The notes: generated from the letters alone by a model not told the origin. A stretch of 64,000 nt of DNA from an uncultured delta proteobacterium (GCA_963816395.1 CAWFKQ010000009.1:224001-288000); one strand, 5' to 3'; positions 52,577 through 64,000 are shown, counted from the stretch's first letter. A program made the numbers and translations.

Positions 52577-53416
52577 ATGAATACCCTGAAAACGATCATC
52601 CTCATGGTTCTGCTCACCCTGGTGCTGATGTGGGCCGGCGCCGCCCTCGGCGGCCGCGGCGGCGCGCTCATCGCCCTGGTATTGGCCGGGGTCATGAATC
52701 TGGGTTCCTATTGGTTCTCCGACAAGATCGTGGTGCGCATGTATCGCGGCCGGGAGGTCACCGACGGCCCCCTTTACTCGGTGGTGCAGGAGATCTGCCA
52801 GCGCAACGGCCTGCCGATGCCGCGCGTCTACATCCTGCCGCAGGCCGCCCCCAATGCCTTCGCCACCGGGCGCAATCCCCACCACGCAGCGGTGGCCGCC
52901 ACCGAGGGAATCCTGCGCATTCTCTCCCGGGAGGAGCTGATGGGGGTTATGGCGCACGAGATGAGCCATGTCGGCAATCGGGACATCCTCATCGGCTCCA
53001 TCGCCGCCACCCTGGCCGGCGCCATTTCCTACCTGGCGCATATGGCCCAGTGGGCGGCCCTGTTCGGCGGCTTCGGTGGCCGCGACGACGAGGACAGCAA
53101 TCCGATCGCCCTGATCGCCATGATGATTCTCGCTCCCCTGGCCGCCATGCTGGTGCAGATGGCTATCTCGCGCTCCCGGGAGTTCGAAGCGGACCGCAGC
53201 GGCGCCCGGATGATCGGCAATCCCTTTTATCTGGCGAACGCCCTGCGCAAGCTGGAATCGGCCAACCGGCAGATCCCGATGACCCAGGTGAACGAGGCGA
53301 CCGCCCACATGTTCATCGTCAATCCCCTGCGCGGCGGCGGACTGCGCTCTTTGTTCTCCACCCACCCGCCGGTGGAGGAGCGGATTCGTCGCCTGGAGAG
53401 CATGCATTTAGGGTGA
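52577..53416 (+). CDS. htpX: Membrane zinc metalloprotease HtpX
   Basis: [32 protein letters not shown]. Confidence 0.95.
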   Translation: MNTLKTIILMVLLTLVLMWAGAALGGRGGALIALVLAGVMNLGSYWFSDKIVVRMYRGREVTDGPLYSVVQEICQRNGLPMPRVYILPQAAPNAFATGRNPHHAAVAATEGILRILSREELMGVMAHEMSHVGNRDILIGSIAATLAGAISYLAHMAQWAALFGGFGGRDDEDSNPIALIAMMILAPLAAMLVQMAISRSREFEADRSGARMIGNPFYLANALRKLESANRQIPMTQVNEATAHMFIVNPLRGGGLRSLFSTHPPVEERIRRLESMHLG

Positions 53417-53514
53417 AGGCAGGCAGGGAAGAGGCAAGGGGCAAGGACAAGAGAAAGAACAATGATGTACGGGGGCGTGCAAGCGCCCTCTTCTTTTTTT
53501 AGGTGATTGATTTA

Positions 53515-54861
53515 ATGGCCGATCCGCGGAATATGGCGCTGGAGATCCTGCAGCGCGTCGATGCCGGAGCCTATGCCGATCTTGCTCTGGATGCCGCCCT
53601 GAGGGCGGTGCCCGACCTGGACCCGCGGGACCGCGGCCTGGTCACGGAACTGGTTTACGGCGTCCTGCGCCAGCGCGGCCGGCTCGATTTTGCCCTGGCC
53701 CGCTTCTGCCGTCAGTCGCTGGCCAAGGTGGAGCCCGCCGTTCTCTGGCTGCTGCGCCTGGGGGCCTACCAGATCCTGGAGCTGACGCGCATTCCCGACC
53801 ACGCCGCCGTCCATGCTACTGTTGAACTGGCGCGCCGCCAGGGGCTGGAGCGCGCTACGGGCTTCATCAACGGCATTCTGCGCTCCCTGGGGCGGGAGCG
53901 GGAGGTCTTCCCCTGGCCCGATCCGGCCGCGACGCCCCTCGCCGCCCTGGAACACGCCTGCTCCCTGCCGCCTTGGCTGGCCCGGCGCTGGCTGGCCGAA
54001 TTCGGCGCCCGGGAAGCCCTGGCGCTGGCCTCGGCCATGCTGCAGCCCGCTCCTTTCACCTTGCGCACCAACACTCTGCGGCTTTCCCGGGAGGAGTTTC
54101 TGCAACAGCTGGAGGAAAGCGGCCATGCGGCCGTGCCGACTCCCTACGCTCCCGAAGGGGTCATGCTCTCCGTCCGGGGCAAATCCCCCCTGCCGGGCGA
54201 TGCCCAGGGGGGTTACCAGGTGCAGGACGAAGCGAGCATGCTGATCGCTCACCTGCTCGCCCCGCGGCCGGACGAGCGCATCCTCGATGCCTGCGCCGCC
54301 CCCGGCGGCAAGACCACTCACATCGCGGCCCTGACCGGCAACCGGGCGCAGATCGTCGCTCTCGACCTGCACCCGCAGCGGCTCGAACTGGTCATCGAGG
54401 GTGCCCGCCGGCTGGGGGCCGCCGGCATCGAGGCGCGCGCCTGGGATCTCACCTTGCCGCCGACTTTTCTCCCTCCGGCGAGCTTCCACCGGGTGCTGGT
54501 CGATGCCCCCTGCAGCGGCCTGGGCGTGCTGCGGCGCAATCCGGAGATCCGTTGGCGCCGCCTGGAGGCCGATCTGCGGGAAATGGCAGGGCGCCAGATG
54601 ATCATCCTCGGCCAGGTCGCCCCCCTGGTGCGCCCCGGCGGCCTGCTTCTCTATTCGGTATGTACCCTCACCCCGGAGGAGACCGACGGGGTGGTGGACA
54701 CCTTTCTCGCCGCCCACCCGGAGTTCGTCCTCGAGGACGGCCGGGACTGCGCGGCGCCGCAGTGGCGTGAACTCTTCGATGAACGGGGCGCTTTGCGCAC
54801 CTTCCCGCACCGGCACGGCGGCATGGATGCGTTTTTCGCCGCGCGGCTGCGGCGAAAGTGA
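53515..54861 (+). CDS. rsmB: 16S rRNA m5C967 methyltransferase
   Basis: NusB-like N-terminus, [29 protein letters not shown]. Confidence 0.94.
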   Translation: MADPRNMALEILQRVDAGAYADLALDAALRAVPDLDPRDRGLVTELVYGVLRQRGRLDFALARFCRQSLAKVEPAVLWLLRLGAYQILELTRIPDHAAVHATVELARRQGLERATGFINGILRSLGREREVFPWPDPAATPLAALEHACSLPPWLARRWLAEFGAREALALASAMLQPAPFTLRTNTLRLSREEFLQQLEESGHAAVPTPYAPEGVMLSVRGKSPLPGDAQGGYQVQDEASMLIAHLLAPRPDERILDACAAPGGKTTHIAALTGNRAQIVALDLHPQRLELVIEGARRLGAAGIEARAWDLTLPPTFLPPASFHRVLVDAPCSGLGVLRRNPEIRWRRLEADLREMAGRQMIILGQVAPLVRPGGLLLYSVCTLTPEETDGVVDTFLAAHPEFVLEDGRDCAAPQWRELFDERGALRTFPHRHGGMDAFFAARLRRK

Positions 54862-54868
54862 CATGTTG

Positions 54869-54965
54869 CGCGGGACGCGGGGCGCCGGAAGGCGAGAAAA
54901 CAGTGCCGGTCTGCCAGCAAGATGTGTTAGCTTTTACGCGTCCCGCGTTCCTCGTCCCGCGCCCC
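54869..54965. repeat. Inverted heptamer-repeat arms
   Basis: GCGGGAC GCGGGGC ... GCGTCCC GCGTTCC TCGTCCC GCGCCCC. Confidence 0.6.
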
Positions 54966-54982
54966 TGCTTTCCGGAGTTCCC

Positions 54983-55648
54983 ATGATCAAGATCGCCCCT
55001 TCCATTCTCTCCGCCGATTTCGCCCGCCTGGGCGAGGAGGTGCGCGCCGTCGAGGCGGCCGGCGCCGACTATCTGCACATCGATGTCATGGATGGCCATT
55101 TCGTGCCCAACATCACCATCGGTCCGCCGGTGGTCGCCGCCCTGCGGCAGGTGAGCGGACTTCCCCTCGATGTGCACCTGATGATCGAAAACCCTGACCG
55201 CTATATCCCCGAGTTCGCCGCCGCCGGCGCCGATATCATCACCGTCCATCAGGAGGCCTCGGTGCACCTGCACCGTACCGTCCAGCTTATCCGCAGCCTG
55301 GGGAAGAAAGCCGGCGTCTCTCTCAATCCGGCCACCCCGACCGGCGTACTGGAGGTCATCCTGGAGGAACTCGACCTGGTGCTGGTGATGACCGTCAACC
55401 CCGGCTTCGGCGGCCAGGGATTCATACCCGCCTGCCTGCCGAAGATTGAGGCGCTGCGGCGGGACATTGAGCGGCGGGGCCTGCCGGTGGAACTGGAGGT
55501 GGACGGCGGGGTCAAGGTCGACAATATCCGGCGGATTGCCGCCGCCGGGGCCGGAGTGTTCGTCGCCGGCAGCGCCGTATTCGGCACCCCCGACTACGCT
55601 GCAACCATCGCTGCCCTGCGGCGCCACGCGGTTTCAGTAACCGCCTGA
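54983..55648 (+). CDS. rpe: Ribulose-phosphate 3-epimerase
   Basis: [37 protein letters not shown]. Confidence 0.97.
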   Translation: MIKIAPSILSADFARLGEEVRAVEAAGADYLHIDVMDGHFVPNITIGPPVVAALRQVSGLPLDVHLMIENPDRYIPEFAAAGADIITVHQEASVHLHRTVQLIRSLGKKAGVSLNPATPTGVLEVILEELDLVLVMTVNPGFGGQGFIPACLPKIEALRRDIERRGLPVELEVDGGVKVDNIRRIAAAGAGVFVAGSAVFGTPDYAATIAALRRHAVSVTA

Positions 55649-55738
55649 TAATCATCGGCAGACCTCTGCCGATTCTTGCATCGGTGGGACAAGTCAGTAG
55701 AATGAAATGGAAAATTGACCGCGGAAAGGACGGCCGGA

Positions 55739-56978
55739 ATGAATCCGTTGCACAATCTGGGTCTGCTTGCCAAGATCAATCTGATTATTGCCGTCATTCT
55801 GCTCTCCTTCTTCGCCCTGACCACCTTCATCAACTACAATCAGCAGAAAGAATTCATTCTTGATGAAGCGGTTGAGAAGGCGCGCATCGTCGCCTTCGAG
55901 GCGATCCGCACCCGCAACTACCTCTCCCGCCAGTACCAGCTCGGCGGTGTCAGGCTGTCGGTCGATCGCTACGGTCTCATTCCGGTGGTAGCTTCCAATC
56001 GCATCGGCGAACGGGTGGCGGAGGACCTCGATTACCGCATCCGGCAGATCTCCAACCGTTACCGCAATCCGAAGAACGCGCCCGATCCGTTCGAAGAGAA
56101 AATGCTGCAGAGATTCTATGCCCAGCCCTATCTCAAGGAGACCTATGCCGTCACCAGTCTGAATGGCGAACGGGTTTTCCGCTACCTGCGCGCCTTTGCC
56201 GCCGAGCAGAGCTGTCTGGAATGCCACGGCGATCCGGCCGCCGCTCCCGATTACATCAAGCAGCTGTTCCCGGCGGATACCGACCAGGCCTACCATTACA
56301 AGATCGGGGAAATTATCGGCGCTGCCTCGGTGACCATCCCCATGGATAAGCTCCTCCGGCAGGTCTATGCCAACGTCCGTAACGAAGTACTTTACTCCGC
56401 GCGGCATCTATCTTGCCCTGATCACCTGCCTCGGCCTGCTGGTCAGGATGGCGGTCACCCGCCCCCTGGACCAGCTGGGAGTGGTCATCCGGGAGATCGT
56501 CCGCACCGGCCGCTTCGAGGAGAAAATCCCCCGCCGCGGCCGCGATGAGATCGGTTCGCTGATCCTCGGCTTCAATGAAATGATCGACCATCTGCGGGAG
56601 AAGACCGAACACCTGGAGGAGTCGGAGGCGCGCTTCCGACTGCTGACCGAGACCGCCAGCGACGGCATTGTCTCTTTTCTCGCCAACGGTCAGATCATCC
56701 TCTTCAATTACCGGGCGGAGCGGATTTTCGGCTACAGCAAGCGAGAAGTCCTCGGTATGGGAATCGACCAGCTAATCCACGAGGAATGCGCCTCCGTGCA
56801 CGCCCTCGGCGTTGAAGCCTACCTGCGGCAGGAAGGGAAGGCGCTGCTGCTTCGCACCCGCCGGATTGTCGGTCGCCGGCGCGACGGCTCCCCCGTGCCC
56901 CTTGAGCTCTCCCTCTCGGTGGCCGATTCCGAGGGACATCTCTTCTATACCGCGCTGCTGCGGGAAGCGACCGGCTGA
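55739..56978 (+). CDS. Membrane sensor: DUF3365 c-type heme domain, HAMP, PAS; no output domain (frameshift near 56400)
   Basis: TM, RNPKNAPD, CLECHG heme motif, TM, RDEIGSL...FNEM HAMP, FNYRAERIFGYSKREVLG PAS. Confidence 0.78.
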
Positions 56979-57323
56979 CGGCCAGTCTCACTCCTTTCCC
57001 GCAGTGGTCTCCCATCGGGAAGTCCAGCCATTTTGGCGCATGGGCGACCGGTTTACTGCAATCAATTCTCCCGGAACAATAAACATTTCTTTCTCGAAAT
57101 CAGGATGGTGGCATTCCCCCGGATATCCTTTATTTTCCCTCCGCTTTGTGGCATAAACGAGCAAATGTGCATCCCCCTGCGGTCACCCGTGGTCTGCAGT
57201 TCCCGGCGGGCGAGGGAAGCGCACTCCGGCTCCGGTCAAAGGCTAGGCGCCGCAGAGGCCGGAGAAGAGTTCGAGATTATGAGTGTTTCCCGTCTGGAGG
57301 CAGGTTTTTCGAAACTATTCCGC

Positions 57324-59178
57324 ATGAATAAATCGACGCTCTTTCTTGAACGGCTCGCCGGCGAGGTCCTCGTCGGCGACGGTGCCATGGGGACTCTTCT
57401 CTACAGCCGGGGCGTTCCCCTCGACGTCAATTTCGAGCACCTCAATCTGGTGCAGCCGGAGACGATCCGCCAGGTGCACCAGGATTACGCCGCGGCCGGC
57501 GCCCAAGTCCTGGAAACGAATACCTTTGGCGCCAACGCCCTGCGCCTGGGGGCGATCGGGCTGGAGAAGAAGGTCCGGGCGATCAACGCCGCCGGCGTTC
57601 GCCTGGCCCGGGACGCGGCTGGCCCGGAGCGCTTCGTGGCCGGCGCCGTCGGGCCGCTGCTGCGCCCGCGCGGCAGCGAGAGGGAGCTGCACGGCGGCGG
57701 AGAAACGCGAGATCTTTCGGGAACAGATGGGGGCACTGGCGGAGTCGGGGGTCGATCTGTTCCTGCTGGAAACCTTCGCTGACCTCAATGACCTGGAGCT
57801 TGCCGTCGCCGTCGCCCGCGAGCTCGGCTTGCCGGCGATCGCCCAAATGGCCTTCCTCCAGGAGGGGCATACCCGGGACGGAATCGATGCCGGGGCCGCC
57901 GCGCGGCGCCTGACCGCCGCCGGCGCCGCCGCCGTCGGCGCCAATTGCGGTTCGGGACCGCGGGAAATGCTCCAGATTCTCGCCCGTCTGGCGGCCAACT
58001 CGCCGTTGCCGCTCTCGGTTTTCGCCAATTCCGGGCTGCCACAGTTCCTCGATGGGCGTTACATCTATCTGGCGACTCCGGAATATCTGGCCGCTCGGGG
58101 GAAGGAGATGGTTCAGGCCGGTGCCAACCTGGTCGGCGGGTGCTGCGGCACCACCCCGGAGCATATCGGCGCTCTCGCCGCAGCCCTGGCGGGATTGCAG
58201 CCAGGCCCTCGACCCCGTCCCCGCGCGGTGGCCGACCTTGCCATCCCCACCGTTGAGGAGGTTCCCCCGCCGGAGAGGTCGTTTCTGGACGCCTGGGGGA
58301 AGCGGCCGGTGGTGACGGTCGAACTCGACCCCCCACGGGGTCTCGACTGCTCCCGGGTGCTCGCCGGCGCCCGGCGTCTGGCCGCGGCCGGGGTCGATGC
58401 GATCAGCCTGGCGGAGAACCCCCTGGCCCGCATCCGCATGGGAAACCTGGCTCTGGCCCGCCAGATTCAGGAGGAGACCGGGGCCGAAGTCATCGCCCAT
58501 ATCACCTGCCGTGACCGTAACCTGATCGGTCTGCATTCCGAGCTGATGGGCGCCCATCTGCTGGGAGTCCGCAATCTGCTGGCGGTCACCGGCGACCCGG
58601 TGGCGGTCGGCGGGGAAGCGGGGGCAACCAGCGTCTTCGATCTCAATTCGGTGGGGCTGCTGGAACTGATCTCGGCCCTGAACGCCGGCCGGAGTCTGCT
58701 GGGGGCGGAGTTGGCGGGGAAGGCCCGGTTTCTCGCCGGGGCCGCCTTCAATCCGAACCTGCCGGCGATCGACGGACAGCTGCGACGCCTGGAGAAGAAG
58801 GTGGCGGCCGGTGCCCGCTTCGTCCAGACGCAGCCGGTTTACGACCCGGAGATTCTCGACCGCCTGCTGGCCCGCACCGCCTCCCTCGGGGTGCCGGTTC
58901 TGGTCGGCATCCTGCCCCTGGTCAGTGAGCGCAACGCCGAATTTCTGCACAACGAGGTGCCCGGGATCACTCTCCCCGATGCGGTGCGGCGGCGGATGCA
59001 TGGGAAGTCCGGAGATGCGGGGGTCCGCGAGGGGATGGCGATCGCCCGGGAACTGATTGAGACTTCGGCGAGCCAGGTCGGCGGCTGGTACCTCATGCCC
59101 CCATTCGGCAAGGTGGAACTGGCGTTGGAGTTGCTGGAGTACATCAGGGAGAGGGGAAGGAGGGAGGTGGGGAGATAG
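57324..59178 (+). CDS. Bifunctional homocysteine S-methyltransferase / methylenetetrahydrofolate reductase (YitJ-like; frameshift near 57690)
   Basis: DGAMGT, GANCGSGP, GGCCGTTPEHI, VELDPP, HITCRDRNL, FLHNEVPGI. Confidence 0.9.
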
Positions 59179-59240
59179 AGAAAAGCAGCAGGAGATTTTT
59201 CTATCTCCCTATCTGACTATCCCGCTACCTCACTGCCTCT
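59150..59240. repeat. Inverted octamer-repeat arms between convergent genes
   Basis: AGGGAGGT GGGGAGAT AGAGAAAA ... CTATCTCC CTATCTGA CTATCCCG CTACCTCA CTGCCTCT. Confidence 0.6.
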
Positions 59241-59493
59241 AAAGGCCCAGCCGCTGATCCAGTTCTCCCCGTTCCTCCAGGGCGAAAAGATCGTCGCAGC
59301 CGCCCAGCAGCTCACCGTCGGCGAAGATCTCCGGGACCGTCTGCCGCCCCGAGCGCTGCTGCATCTCCTGCTCCCTGGCCGGATCGGCGGTGACGTCATA
59401 CTCGATAAAATCGGCCCTCTTCAGGTGCAGCAGCTCCTTGGCCCGGCGGCAGTAGGGGCAGTAACTTTTGGTGTAGATCTCGATACGTTTCAT
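59239..59493 (-). CDS. grxC: Glutaredoxin 3
   Basis: CPYC, TVPEIF, GGCDDL. Confidence 0.92.
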   Translation of the reverse strand: MKRIEIYTKSYCPYCRRAKELLHLKRADFIEYDVTADPAREQEMQQRSGRQTVPEIFADGELLGGCDDLFALEERGELDQRLGL

Positions 59494-59551
59494 AAAATAA
59501 CTCCGTACCGGTAATTTTATCCCGGCACCCACCGCTTGCAAGGAGATCCTC

Positions 59552-60079
59552 ATGTTCTGGCGGCCTCGAGCCTTTCGGCTTCTTCTTCTTACACTGGTCC
59601 TGCTTGCCGCCTGCGCTCCGCCCAAAATGGCGCCGCAGGCGCAGTTCGAAATTACCCGGCGCGATTTTGCCGAGCGTCTGCGCTGGGGCGATTTTGCCGG
59701 CGCTGCCCGCCATCTGGCACCGCCGCAGCGGGAAGACTTTCAACGCCGTTTTGCCGACTCGCCCGATCTGCATATCACCGACGTGCGCCTCGAGTCGGCG
59801 GAGGCCGGCGATGGAGGAAGGCAAGTGGTGACCTGGAGCACCATCGAGTACTATCTGTTGCCATCGACCACGGTGAAAACTTTCCGCTTCCGCCAAGAAT
59901 GGGAGTACAGCGGCGACGGTCGTTTCAACCGGGCAACTGGCTGGCAGTGGGTCCTTTTCCCGACTTTCCCGGAATCGCTCCGAGTCTGCCGAAAAATGGC
60001 CCGAGCGGGAGAAATTGATTCGCCATTCCGGACCCTTAATTCCCGATCACGAGATTTGCGACGACAAATTTCTCCTTGA
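59552..60079 (+). CDS. Hypothetical lipoprotein (C-terminus uncertain)
   Basis: LLAAC lipobox, AAGGAG RBS, LRWGDF motif. Confidence 0.6.
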   Translation: MFWRPRAFRLLLLTLVLLAACAPPKMAPQAQFEITRRDFAERLRWGDFAGAARHLAPPQREDFQRRFADSPDLHITDVRLESAEAGDGGRQVVTWSTIEYYLLPSTTVKTFRFRQEWEYSGDGRFNRATGWQWVLFPTFPESLRVCRKMARAGEIDSPFRTLNSRSRDLRRQISP

Positions 60080-60123
60080 TTTGACAGCGGCTTTTGTGCT
60101 ATCTAGGTGCATACTGTATACAA
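60076..60123 (+). promoter_or_regulatory. sfrBA promoter region with HgtR-like operator
   Basis: TTGACA at 60081; TGCATACTGTATACAA at 60108-60123, 13/14 identical to the site upstream of nuoA. Confidence 0.6.
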
Positions 60124-60220
60124 ATAAGGGAGAGACACTGCCGGTCAGCAGCGGGTCTTTCCCTTTTTTCAGGGTTTTTTCCGCCTTCCGTAACGGAAGG
60201 CTCGCCCGGAGGAGGTCAAT

Positions 60221-62240
60221 TTGACTCAGGTTGTTTTTTCCAGTTGGGGAAGGAATATCGTCGACAACCGCCAGGGCGGTGAGGTCAAGGAAGTCGTTTT
60301 CCGTCTCCCGACCACCCTCGACGGCGAACGTTCCCTGACCGCCTTTATGGGCTGGGATGGCGTCATTATTTTCGACCGGGAGGTCGATGTGGTCGCCATG
60401 GCCGCCGAGTACATGACCCGGGTGCAGGAAAAGTACTGCTGCGCCAAATGTACCCCCGGCAAGAAGGGAACGCGGGTCCTGCAGGATACCTCTGAGCCGC
60501 ATCGTCACCGGGCACGGCGAGGAACGTGACCTGGAGATTATCGAAGAGCTGGCCGATCTCCTGCAGAACTGCAAATGCACCCTGTGCATGACTTCCGCCG
60601 TCCCGGTTTTCGACACCGTCAAATACTTCCGCGAGGATTACCTGGCCTACATTCGCGGCGAGCGTACCCCCCGGCCGGCCAGGGCCTATCTGGAGAAGCT
60701 CACCGCCCCCTGCCAGGACAAGTGCCCGGCGCATATCGATATCCCCGGCTACGTCGAGGGGGTGAAGGATTACCGCTTCGAGGACTCCCTGGCGACCGTC
60801 CGCGCCAGCATGCCGCTGCCCTCGGTCTGCGGCCGGGTCTGCCCGCATCCCTGCGAAACCGCCTGCCGCCGCAAGAACGTGGATGAGCCGATCAGCATCA
60901 TGGTCCTGAAGCGTTCCGCCTCGGAATACGAACGCCAGCACCATCACGCGCCGCCGATGCGGCCGAAGCCCCGCAGAAGCAAGACGGTGGCGGTGGTCGG
61001 CGCCGGCCCGGCCGGTCTGGCGGCAGCCTATTACCTGGCCCTGGAAGGGTATCCGGTGACCATTTACGAGGCCCTGCCGGAAGGGTTCGGCGGCGGCATG
61101 GTTGCCGTCGGCATTCCCCCCTACCGGATGCCGCGCCCCATTCTGCAGCGGGATATCGACATCATCAGCTCCCTGGGGGTTGAGATCATCTATAATGCCC
61201 GCGTCGGCAAAGATATCTCCCTGGCCGAGCTGAAGCAGAAGTTCGACGCCGTCTTCCTCGCCCCCGGCGCCCACCGCTCCAAGCCGATGGGGGTCGAAGG
61301 GGAAGACAAGGGGTACCATGGGTTTCTCAAGGGGGGAATCGATTTCCTCCGCGAAGCCTACATGGGAAGACCGACCGGCATGGGCAAGAAAGTGGTTGTG
61401 GTCGGCGGCGGCAACACCGCCATCGACTGCGTCCGGGTGGCGCTGCGCGAGGGGGCCGAGGAATCGATCCTGCTCTACCGCCGCTCCCGCAAGGAAATGC
61501 CGGCCGATGTCTGGGAGGTGGACGGCGCCGAAGAGGAAGGGGTCAGGTTCGAGTTTCTCGTTCTCCCCACCAAGGTGATCGTCGATAAAAATGCGCGGGT
61601 GACCGGCGTCGAATGCGTCCGTATGGAACTTGGCGAGCCGGACGCTTCCGGCCGTCGCCGGCCGCAGCCGGTACCCGGCAGCGAGTTCATCGTCGAATGC
61701 GATACGGTCATCCCGGCCATCGGCCAGGATCCCGACCTCTCCTTCATCCCCAGGGAGCTGGGAATCGACATCACCAAATGGAACACCATCGTCACCAAAT
61801 ACCTGCCCCTCAAGGATACCGCCGGCAAGGATCTCAAGGACGGTATGGGCAATCCCCTCTCCAGGACTCTGATCACCGATATGGACGGGGTTTTCGCCGG
61901 CGGCGATGCCGAAATCGGCCCGCTGACCGTGGTGGCCTGCGTCGGCAGCGGCCATCGCGCCGCCCGGGTGATCCAGCGCTGGCTGGAGGAAGGGAAAACC
62001 TACCTGAGCGACGATGAGATTCTTGAGGACATCCTCTCGCACCTTGGTGTTTACGACAAAAACGAGAAAGTCCAGGTGCTCGATGCCGCCAGCCGGGAAC
62101 ATCAGGCGGAAATTCATGGCCAGGAGCGCGCCAGCTACAAGAACTACACCGAGGTGGAACTCGGCTTCAAGGACAGTCAGGCGGTGCGGGAGGCGGAAAG
62201 ATGCCTGCGGTGCTACCGCGTGGCGATGATCGCGGTTTGA
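60221..62240 (+). CDS. sfrB: NADPH oxidoreductase beta subunit (SfrB, GltD-like; frameshift near 60492)
   Basis: MTQVVFSSWG N-terminus, CCAKCTPG, CGRVCPHPCE, GAGPAG, GGGNTAIDC, YRRS, EAERCLRC. Confidence 0.85.
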
Positions 62241-62338
62241 TAATCCATTCCGGGCTGATGGCTGTAGGCCGGGCGAAGGGCCGCAAGGCACCTTTTACCC
62301 TCCGCAACAGTCCGCAGCCGGGATTTAAGGGGTGATAT

Positions 62339-64000
62339 ATGGTCAGTTTGACGATTGACGGCAAGACGGTCAGCGTCCCTGCGGGGACAACGATCCTGGA
62401 GGCGGCCCGCAGGGTGGACATTGCCATTCCGACCCTCTGCTGGCTGGAAAAGATCTCCCCGACCGGCGCCTGCCGGATCTGCGTGGTGGATATCGAAGGG
62501 ATCGATCGGCCACAGACCGCCTGCAACACGCCGGTCAAGCAGGGAATCGTGGTGACCACCCAGTCCGAGCGGCTGATGCGCATCCGCCAGCAGATGGTGC
62601 AGCTGCTGCTGGTCAATCATCCCCTCGATTGCCCGGTATGCGATGCCGGGGGGGAATGCGGGCTGCAGGACGTCTGCTACAACCTGGACGTCGATACCCA
62701 GTCTTTCGAGGCCGAAGACGTCACCCACGAGGTGATCAACGACTGGCCGCTGATTCAGCAGGTGCCCTCCCGCTGCATTCTCTGCGAGAAATGCGTCAAG
62801 GTCTGCCATGAGGTGGTGGGGGCGAGCGCCCTGCTGGTGCGGGAGAACGGCGAGCGGGCCTTTATCGACACGGTCGATGGCAAGCCGCTCAACTGCGAAT
62901 TCTGCGGCAACTGCGTAGCCGAATGCCCGACCGGCACCCTCCTTTCCAAGCCGTTCAAGTTCAAGGCCCGCCCCTGGGAACTGGCCCGGATCCCCTCGGT
63001 CTGTACCTATTGCGGCAGCCAGTGCCAGATCGAATACAACGTCAAGCATGACCAGGTGGTGCGCGTCACCTCCCCGGACGCGGCGACGGTGAACGACGGC
63101 AACCTGTGCATCGGCGGTTTCTTCGGCTACGGTTACATCCATTCTCCCCAGCGGCTCACGGCGCCCCGGCTGCGCAGCGGCGGTACGGTGCGGGAGGCCG
63201 GCTGGGACGAAGCCCTGCAGGCGGTGGCCGCAAAAATCCGCGCCGTGCCGGCGGCGGCGGTGGCCGGCCTGGCTTCCCCGCGCCTGACCAATGAGGAGAA
63301 CTATCTCTTCCAGAAGCTGTTCCGGGTTGCCATCGGCAGCAACAACATCGATTCCGAGGCCCGCTTCGGTGCCCTGCGGTCACTCAAGGTTCTCGACGGC
63401 GCCCTCGGCCTGAAGGGGGCGAGCAACCGCATCGACCGCATTGCGCCGGCCGACGCGGTGCTGGTCTTCGGCTGCGACGCCACCGCCGAGGCGCCGATGA
63501 TCGACTGGGCCATCGAGGAGGCGTGCCGCAAACGCGACGGCAAGCTGGTCGTGGCCAACATGCGGCAGGTCAAGCTGACCCGCTACGCCGAAACCTTCCT
63601 CAACTACCGTCCCGGCAGCGAAGTCGACCTGGCGAATGCCCTTTCCCGGATGATTGTCGATCAGGGGCTGGCGGACGATTCCTTCCTGCAGCGATACGTG
63701 AAAAACCTGGCGGAGCTGAAGGAGCATCTGGCCGGCATCGACCTCGAAGCGGCGGTGCGGGCGACCGGTCTCTCCCGCCAGCTGCTGGAGGAGGCCGCCG
63801 GGCATCTCGGGCGCGCCGGTTCGGTGGCCATTATCTTCGGCGGCGATGTGGCCAAAAGCGCGGCCGCGGAGCAGAAGGTCCAGGCCCTGGCCAACCTGGC
63901 GCTGGTGGCCGGCGCCCTGCACGGGGATATCGGCGGCCTCTTCCCGGTGGACGAGAAGGGCAACATGCAGGGGCTGCTGGACATGGGGGTTTACCCCGAA
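62339..64000 (+). CDS. sfrA: NADPH oxidoreductase alpha subunit (SfrA, NuoG/Fdh-like), runs off window end
   Basis: Translated by hand (absent from the ORF track): MVSLTIDGK, GACRIC, HPLDCPVCDAGGEC, CILCEKC, CEFCGNC, CTYCGSQC. Confidence 0.85.
   Translation, partial: MVSLTIDGKTVSVPAGTTILEAARRVDIAIPTLCWLEKISPTGACRICVVDIEGIDRPQTACNTPVKQGIVVTTQSERLMRIRQQMVQLLLVNHPLDCPVCDAGGECGLQDVCYNLDVDTQSFEAEDVTHEVINDWPLIQQVPSRCILCEKCVKVCHEVVGASALLVRENGERAFIDTVDGKPLNCEFCGNCVAECPTGTLLSKPFKFKARPWELARIPSVCTYCGSQCQIEYNVKHDQVVRVTSPDAATVNDGNLCIGGFFGYGYIHSPQRLTAPRLRSGGTVREAGWDEALQAVAAKIRAVPAAAVAGLASPRLTNEENYLFQKLFRVAIGSNNIDSEARFGALRSLKVLDGALGLKGASNRIDRIAPADAVLVFGCDATAEAPMIDWAIEEACRKRDGKLVVANMRQVKLTRYAETFLNYRPGSEVDLANALSRMIVDQGLADDSFLQRYVKNLAELKEHLAGIDLEAAVRATGLSRQLLEEAAGHLGRAGSVAIIFGGDVAKSAAAEQKVQALANLALVAGALHGDIGGLFPVDEKGNMQGLLDMGVYPE

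Noticed and set aside
57149..57165. sigma54 promoter (TGGCAT...GC)
   Set aside because: GG-to-GC spacing is one base short of the required -24/-12 geometry.
56980..57323. SAM, SAH or cobalamin riboswitch upstream of the yitJ-like gene
   Set aside because: The long leader has hairpin potential, but no conserved core motifs were recognised; an Rfam scan would settle it.

Overview
GC-rich chromosomal window, most likely from a Desulfuromonadales-type deltaproteobacterium (Geobacter-like SfrBA, Geobacter-like nuo operon, plus Rnf); this assignment is inferred from protein families, not from a search. Layout: (1) thioesterase and MerR/LiuR-like regulator divergent from etfBA, then rnfABCDGE and a full nuoA-N operon, all on one strand. 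The nuo operon has an HydB-type NuoF and an extra zinc-ribbon/TPR gene between nuoG and nuoH. (2) An accessory block of about 7.6 kb between nuoN and glmS: RpoS-like sigma, receiver-domain remnant, cupin, ECF sigma with its own promoter, Fur-box-flanked metal genes, a predicted outer-membrane beta-barrel, a Tat-Rieske lipoprotein, a cupredoxin lipoprotein and a type III PKS. (3) Housekeeping genes: glmSU, pcnB, MoxR/DUF58/TgpA, folK, fsa, sucCD, def-fmt, htpX, rsmB, rpe, yitJ-like, grxC, sfrBA. About 20 genes, including core genes, carry small frameshifting indels. These are best explained as sequencing or assembly errors, so the split genes are reported as joined CDSs. No rRNA, tRNA, CRISPR array, integrase or transposase was recognised. 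The best candidates for something undescribed are the barrel-Rieske-cupredoxin cassette and the TPR protein embedded in a possibly bifurcating complex I.
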